Under the pieces are notes generated by a model. The model saw only the letters and a list, made by a program, of their open reading frames with translations, made no database searches and was not told the DNA's origin. A program made the position numbers and the translations under genes. Positions 37,790 to 42,543 of a stretch of DNA of 42,543 nucleotides are shown piece after piece. The stretch is from Syntrophaceae bacterium UBA6255 (GTDB lineage: Bacteria; Desulfobacterota; Syntrophia; Syntrophales; Smithellaceae), in contig DJVN01000145.1 of the NCBI GenBank assembly GCA_002441205.1, forward strand, positions 32,512 through 75,054, given 5' to 3'. Numbering within the stretch: the stretch's first letter is position 1; every line of letters begins with the position of its first letter.

Positions 37790-38932
37790 TTATTTTGCTT
37801 GAAGCGCACGTCCGATCGTCATAATCTCGGCTTCCTTGGTCCCTTCGTAGAGCTCCAGAATTTTCGCATCGCGATACCATTTCTGTACCGGATATTCCTC
37901 AATGTAACCATAGCCTCCGTGCAATTCCACAGCGTAATTGGCACAAAATACGGCAGTCTGTCCGCCATAGAATTTCGCCATCGCGGCCAGCGTGTAATCG
38001 GGTTTCCCCTGATCAATCAGCCAGGCTGCTTTATAGACCAAACCGCGAAGTGCTTCTATTCTTATTGCCATCTCCGTAAGTTTCATCTGCGTCATCTGAT
38101 AAGAACCCAATGAAACGCCGAAAGCTGTTCGTTCTTTTACGTATTTGATGCTGGTTTCCAGACAGGCTTCTGATATGCCCAGCGCCTGACCGGAAACCAT
38201 CACGCGGGTAATATCGAAAAAGTGCATGAGCTGGCGGAACCCCTGCCCTTCCTTGCCGACCAGATTGGTTTGCGGAACGCGTACATCCTCAAAGGCAATT
38301 TCAGCGGTATCGCTGGCGCGGATACCCATTTTCCCGTGGATTTTGTTGCGCGTGATTCCTCTGGCATTCGCCGGAACAATAATCAGGCTGAAGCTGTTGT
38401 GCTTCTTTTCTTCAGGGTTGGTGATGCACTGAACGACCATAAAATCGCAAACAGTCCCGTTCGTGATAAACATTTTATTGCCATTAACGATATAATCCTT
38501 GCCGTCCTTCACCGCACGGGTTTTATAGCCGGCAACATCCGTTCCGGCATTGGGTTCCGTGTAGGCGCCGGCACAGACCTTCTCGCCGGAGCATATCGGC
38601 GGCAGACAGGTTTTCTTCTGCTCTTCGGTCCCGTAATTCAGAATGGATTCGCAACCGAAACCGGATGCAACAATATTGAGGCCGATACCCATATCAATTT
38701 TTGATATTTCTTCCGTGATAATGGCATTACCCAAAATTCCGGCGCCGGGACCGCCATACTGTTCCGGAATCCACGCACCGACCAGACCGTTTGCAGCGGC
38801 CTTATTTCTGATTTCCGGTGTGTATTTTTCGTGTTCGTCGCATTCCTGCGAAACTGGTTTTATTTCAGAAACGGCAAACTTATAGGCCATCTCCTTCAAC
38901 ATTTTCATTTCCTCGGTTAATTCAAAATTCAT
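37790..38932 (-). CDS. acyl-CoA dehydrogenase
   Basis: 380 aa with ACAD family motifs (GAYTEPNAGTD, ...YEGTKEAEIMTIGRAL) and full-length similarity to short/medium-chain ACADs. Confidence 0.93.
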   Translation of the reverse strand: MNFELTEEMKMLKEMAYKFAVSEIKPVSQECDEHEKYTPEIRNKAAANGLVGAWIPEQYGGPGAGILGNAIITEEISKIDMGIGLNIVASGFGCESILNYGTEEQKKTCLPPICSGEKVCAGAYTEPNAGTDVAGYKTRAVKDGKDYIVNGNKMFITNGTVCDFMVVQCITNPEEKKHNSFSLIIVPANARGITRNKIHGKMGIRASDTAEIAFEDVRVPQTNLVGKEGQGFRQLMHFFDITRVMVSGQALGISEACLETSIKYVKERTAFGVSLGSYQMTQMKLTEMAIRIEALRGLVYKAAWLIDQGKPDYTLAAMAKFYGGQTAVFCANYAVELHGGYGYIEEYPVQKWYRDAKILELYEGTKEAEIMTIGRALQAK

Positions 38933-39187
38933 TTTTTTCTCCTTGTAGGTGCTTTTGCCACCATTGCTTTTTTAAACGATTTACCTAAATAATGCGACAA
39001 AGAAGTAACAACATTGCTCTCTTGAAGTCAAGGGGCAACCGGATGAAAACGGTTACTGCCGGATTCCTTCCAAAATGTTATCAATATTTCTCTTGACATA
39101 CTTCCCGGAAAGAATAAAAAGTGATTCAGGAAATTGAAGCTTTCATCTGACCAACAACAAGCAACATTTGGGTAAGGAGAAAAAGCC

Positions 39188-39541
39188 ATGGCAAAAAAAA
39201 TATCGTTATTGCTGGCTGTGTTGTTTTTAATATCATGCGCCCAAATTGTCAGAAATCCGGTCAAGTTTGATCAACAAAAATTTATAGATCACTACGAAAA
39301 GATGTTTGCCGCCGCAATCGATAAGGGCACGCAAATGGGTTATAGAATTGACCGGCAAGACAAAGAATATGGTTTAATCAAAATGAGTCGTAAATCGGGA
39401 AACAGCACTTACGCCATCACGGTCGATTTTGATGAAGACAGTTTCACGGTAAAAGGCGAAATTGATACGGATATATTTAATCCCTTCATCGGTGAAGATG
39501 CAAGAGTAATTGAAGAGGCGATCAAAAAAGCTGCCGAGTAA
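39188..39541 (+). CDS. small lipoprotein, unknown function
   Basis: 117 aa with AAGGAGA upstream and lipobox LFLISC. Confidence 0.68.
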   Translation: MAKKISLLLAVLFLISCAQIVRNPVKFDQQKFIDHYEKMFAAAIDKGTQMGYRIDRQDKEYGLIKMSRKSGNSTYAITVDFDEDSFTVKGEIDTDIFNPFIGEDARVIEEAIKKAAE

Positions 39542-39578
39542 TTTTTACCTTTTGATTTAAGCAATAACAGAGAATCTG

Positions 39579-40469
39579 ATGAATAATGTCTTGATCGGCC
39601 CCATGCGGCCAAATTTTTTAATTTTAACGCCGGCCTGTGTTCTTTTGGGAATTGCGACGGCATTCTGGTCCGGTGCGGCTCTTAATCCTTTATATATTGT
39701 CCTTATATTAACAGGCGCTGTAATGGCGCACATCAGCGTCAACGCGCTCAACGAATATCACGATTTCAAGAGCGGGCTTGATCTCGTCACCGAGGTAACA
39801 CCGTTTTCCGGCGGCACCAAGACTCTGCCCAACAATCCCACAAAAGCGCATCTGGCTTTAATTAGCGGCATCGTCAGCATTGTTCTGGTTGCCTGTATCG
39901 GTATTTACTTTGTAGTTGAGCGCGGCCCCTGGATATTACCGGTCGGCATTCTCGGTCTTGTCATTATCTATACCTACACGCCTTTGCTTACGCGCAGTCC
40001 GTTTCTGTGTCTGATTGCGCCGGGACTGGGTTTCGGGCCTTTGATGGTGATGGGCACCGATTTTATTTTGACCGGGCATTATTCCTGGACGGCGGCCGTT
40101 GCATCGCTGGTGCCGTTTTTTCTGGTCAATGACCTGCTGCTTCTCAATCAGTTTCCCGATGTTGAGCCGGACAGGCAATTCGGCCGTGATCATCTGCTGA
40201 TACGAATCGGACGGACGGCCGGTGCGCGAGTGTATGTTCTTTTTTTGATTTTAACTTATATAGTGATATTTCTTGCTTGTCTTTTTGAAGTGCTTCCGCA
40301 GGGCGCATTGCTCGGCCTTTTGACATTAATTCTGGCCGTGCCCGTCATGCGGGGCGTCATCCGCCACGCCGACGATATCCCCGGTCTTATTCCGTACATG
40401 GTAAAAAATGTCATCATCAATATCAGCACGCCTGTGTTGATGGCCATCGGTTTATTTATCAATCACTGA
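39579..40469 (+). CDS. UbiA-family prenyltransferase (MenA-like)
   Basis: 296 aa with about 8 TM helices, a first Asp-rich motif NEYHDFKSGLD and a second motif NQFPDVEPD. Confidence 0.85.
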   Translation: MNNVLIGPMRPNFLILTPACVLLGIATAFWSGAALNPLYIVLILTGAVMAHISVNALNEYHDFKSGLDLVTEVTPFSGGTKTLPNNPTKAHLALISGIVSIVLVACIGIYFVVERGPWILPVGILGLVIIYTYTPLLTRSPFLCLIAPGLGFGPLMVMGTDFILTGHYSWTAAVASLVPFFLVNDLLLLNQFPDVEPDRQFGRDHLLIRIGRTAGARVYVLFLILTYIVIFLACLFEVLPQGALLGLLTLILAVPVMRGVIRHADDIPGLIPYMVKNVIINISTPVLMAIGLFINH

Positions 40470-40495
40470 TGACGTTCCGTCTTTCATTCAACGGA

Positions 40496-41248
40496 TTATT
40501 TTTTCGGAATCCGGTAAGGAATCAGCATCGGCACGCGCGAGCTGTACTCAAGGTATTGGCTGCCGAATTCTTTATGAAGATCTCTGTCTTCCAGAAAAGT
40601 CCCTATTAAGATCCAGAGGCTCCATAGGATATTGAAGATCAATCTGTCTAAGGTCAGCACAGGACAAGCCCAGATTAAAATGATCACAAAAAGGTAAATC
40701 GGATGCCGCGACCAGCGATAGGGGCCCCTGGCGACAATTTTTTGCGGCTTGTCCGGTTTGCGGCCCATAAGTACATCAACTCCCAGCACATCCAGGGAAT
40801 CAATGGATTTTACCGCCCAAAAAAATCCGGTCAGGCACAGAAGAAATAAGGCGCGCATCAGCGCAAAAACCATTCCTTCTGCATGTGCTGCCAAAATTGA
40901 AGTTTTCTGCCAGAAAATCAAAACCATCAGCAAGGTTATGGCGGATGCCATTCCGTAACATGCAGCATGATACATTTCCGGCATGAATTTCCCCAGCCAT
41001 TTTTTGAATCCCCTGCGCACCATAATGCTGTGTTGCAGAAAAAATATCAGCGATAAAAAACCGTCCAGCAATAAGGCCTCTCTCGTTCTCAGGCCAAAAT
41101 CAACGACCGTATAGGAACCCGTAAAAAGAAAAACCAGAAACATGAATCCGGATAAAAGTCCCAGCGAGTAAAGAAGCAGGACCAGTATGATTATTTTAGT
41201 ATGATTTTTGATGTAATCAGGATTCAACATTTTCGCCAACAAACTCAT
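40496..41248 (-). CDS. membrane methyltransferase, ICMT/PEMT/MddA-like superfamily
   Basis: 250 aa, multi-TM. The C-terminal VARGPYRWSRHPIYLFVIILIW...EDRDL..EFG..Y..Y pattern is typical of isoprenylcysteine-carboxyl-methyltransferase-like enzymes. Confidence 0.8.
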   Translation of the reverse strand: MSLLAKMLNPDYIKNHTKIIILVLLLYSLGLLSGFMFLVFLFTGSYTVVDFGLRTREALLLDGFLSLIFFLQHSIMVRRGFKKWLGKFMPEMYHAACYGMASAITLLMVLIFWQKTSILAAHAEGMVFALMRALFLLCLTGFFWAVKSIDSLDVLGVDVLMGRKPDKPQKIVARGPYRWSRHPIYLFVIILIWACPVLTLDRLIFNILWSLWILIGTFLEDRDLHKEFGSQYLEYSSRVPMLIPYRIPKK

Positions 41249-41311
41249 GAAATGGCTTCTTTAACGGGAGCATATACCCTTTTCGGCAAGTTCCTCCGGC
41301 ATGATACTTAA

Positions 41312-42286
41312 TCATCTCATATCAATGACTTCTTCCTCAATGGCCTTTCTAATGGGAGTATAGAAAAGCCCCAATTCACGCTCGGCTTTGCTGCCATCGG
41401 CAATCATACCATGCTGCATTTCCCGAATGGCATCGATGGACATGCCCCAAAGCGGGGGTCGATTGATGATGTCGGCAAGGCAGGTCAGCACATGGGCGTT
41501 GAGAATTACCAGAGAATCCGGCAAACGCAGTTTCGGCGACGCCACACCGGAAACATCACTGACAAGCGCATAAAAATCGCTAAAGGAAAGACGGGAATTG
41601 CCAATGATATATTTCTCGCCCAGATTGTCCGTCTTTTCTGCTGCTCTGAGAATGGCTTCCGCCACATTTTTAACATGCACATACGTTAAAATCTTGTCGT
41701 CGAAAATCCTGGCCGGCATACGACGTTCTATAAAAAGTTTGATCGATGATCCGGTCATTTTAGGATCGCCGCTTCCCAACACCGCGCAGGGATAGACCAT
41801 CACCAGGGGCAACCCTTTTTCCCGATAATACTGCCAGGCAATCTGATCGCCTTCATATTTTGTTCGGCAATACTCGCTTTCCCTGACCGGACCGACCGGC
41901 GTCTCTTCCTTGAAGGGCAGCTCGTTCGGTTTGCCCCAAATCCCCATGGTGCTGACATGCACAACTTTGGAAACCCCTGCTTCCAAAGCGCACCCCATAA
42001 CATTGCGCGTACCCTCAACATTTACGCGACGGTAGATATCCTTGTCCGGTTCCCACCAGGAATACACATTGGCAAGGTTGAAGACCCATTCGCAGCCGCG
42101 CATACCCTCTCTAAGAGAAGACCGGTCGGTCACATCCCCCATGACGATATGAGCGCCAAGATCCTTTAGCTCCCTGGTATCGCTGGTCTTGCGCGCCAGG
42201 CAGTAGAATTCATGCTTGGTCTGTGCCATACGGCGCAGCAGGTGCCGGCCGATAAAACCTGTTCCACCTGTGATAAATACTTTCAT
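41312..42286 (-). CDS. NAD-dependent epimerase/dehydratase (extended SDR) family protein
   Basis: 324 aa with VFITGGTGFIGRHL Rossmann motif and a Y..SK-like catalytic region (YCRTK). Confidence 0.9.
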   Translation of the reverse strand: MKVFITGGTGFIGRHLLRRMAQTKHEFYCLARKTSDTRELKDLGAHIVMGDVTDRSSLREGMRGCEWVFNLANVYSWWEPDKDIYRRVNVEGTRNVMGCALEAGVSKVVHVSTMGIWGKPNELPFKEETPVGPVRESEYCRTKYEGDQIAWQYYREKGLPLVMVYPCAVLGSGDPKMTGSSIKLFIERRMPARIFDDKILTYVHVKNVAEAILRAAEKTDNLGEKYIIGNSRLSFSDFYALVSDVSGVASPKLRLPDSLVILNAHVLTCLADIINRPPLWGMSIDAIREMQHGMIADGSKAERELGLFYTPIRKAIEEEVIDMR

Positions 42287-42543
42287 AATACCTTCCTCCC
42301 TTTTCAGTTGAAGATTGATGTTGTAATCGAAACTAAAAAAGAAACCTCATAAGGGTTCAATAACCCCTCTGAGGCTGACGAGTGGTAACTTCCTATTAAT
42401 CCTTACCACGATGAACTCCAGAAAGCTCATAATTTTGTTGATTAATCACAGATGCAATTGGTTTATTAGATACGCTTTAAATAATGAGCTGTCAATGGAG
42501 AATTTATGAATTCAAATTGGCTTTTTTATTGGAAGCCTTTACC

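Overview
This 42.5-kb window looks like a chromosomal segment of a Desulfobacterales-like (Thermodesulfobacteriota) bacterium; that assignment is inferred from gene content only. I support about 40 CDS, 2 tRNAs and 1 tRNA fragment. I found no rRNA, CRISPR array, integrase, transposase or reverse transcriptase. Positions 1-13.6 kb are mostly housekeeping: gltX plus tRNA-Glu, yceD-rpmF, acpP-fabF, and glyA-dCMP deaminase-nrdR-ribE-ribBA-ribH-nusB. Positions 13.6-22.3 kb hold a PAS/GGDEF/EAL protein, a deoxyhypusine-synthase-like/ATP-grasp pair, a B12-radical-SAM gene and an LPS-kinase/GT9 pair. Positions 22.4-35 kb are accessory and partly AT-rich. They carry secreted adhesin-E-like paralogs around tRNA-Arg, an orphan membrane protein, a Trx-like/YyaL pair, a HEAT-repeat protein, an amidohydrolase and an FRG-domain gene. 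Positions 35-42.5 kb carry OCD-family, chalcone-isomerase-like, DUF3108, acyl-CoA dehydrogenase, UbiA prenyltransferase, ICMT-like methyltransferase and NAD-epimerase genes. I did not recognise a clear new protein-coding system. The strongest signal not explained by the genes is a modular, hairpin-rich non-coding repeat family at four intergenic loci (7.6, 23.9, 27.7 and 32.1 kb). It has a shared terminal motif (ATWRTGAGACTC), stems built on TATCC...GGATA with differing, mutually complementary upper stems, and a 22-nt hairpin that is identical in the two long copies but sits at different positions. All four copies point toward the downstream gene. Secondary leads are a tRNA-Glu 3'-half direct repeat bracketing a one-gene cassette, near-duplicate promoters linking the radical-SAM gene with the ATP-grasp/DHS-like pair, and a low-GC FRG-domain gene. 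All functional assignments rest on motifs read by eye; no database search was run.
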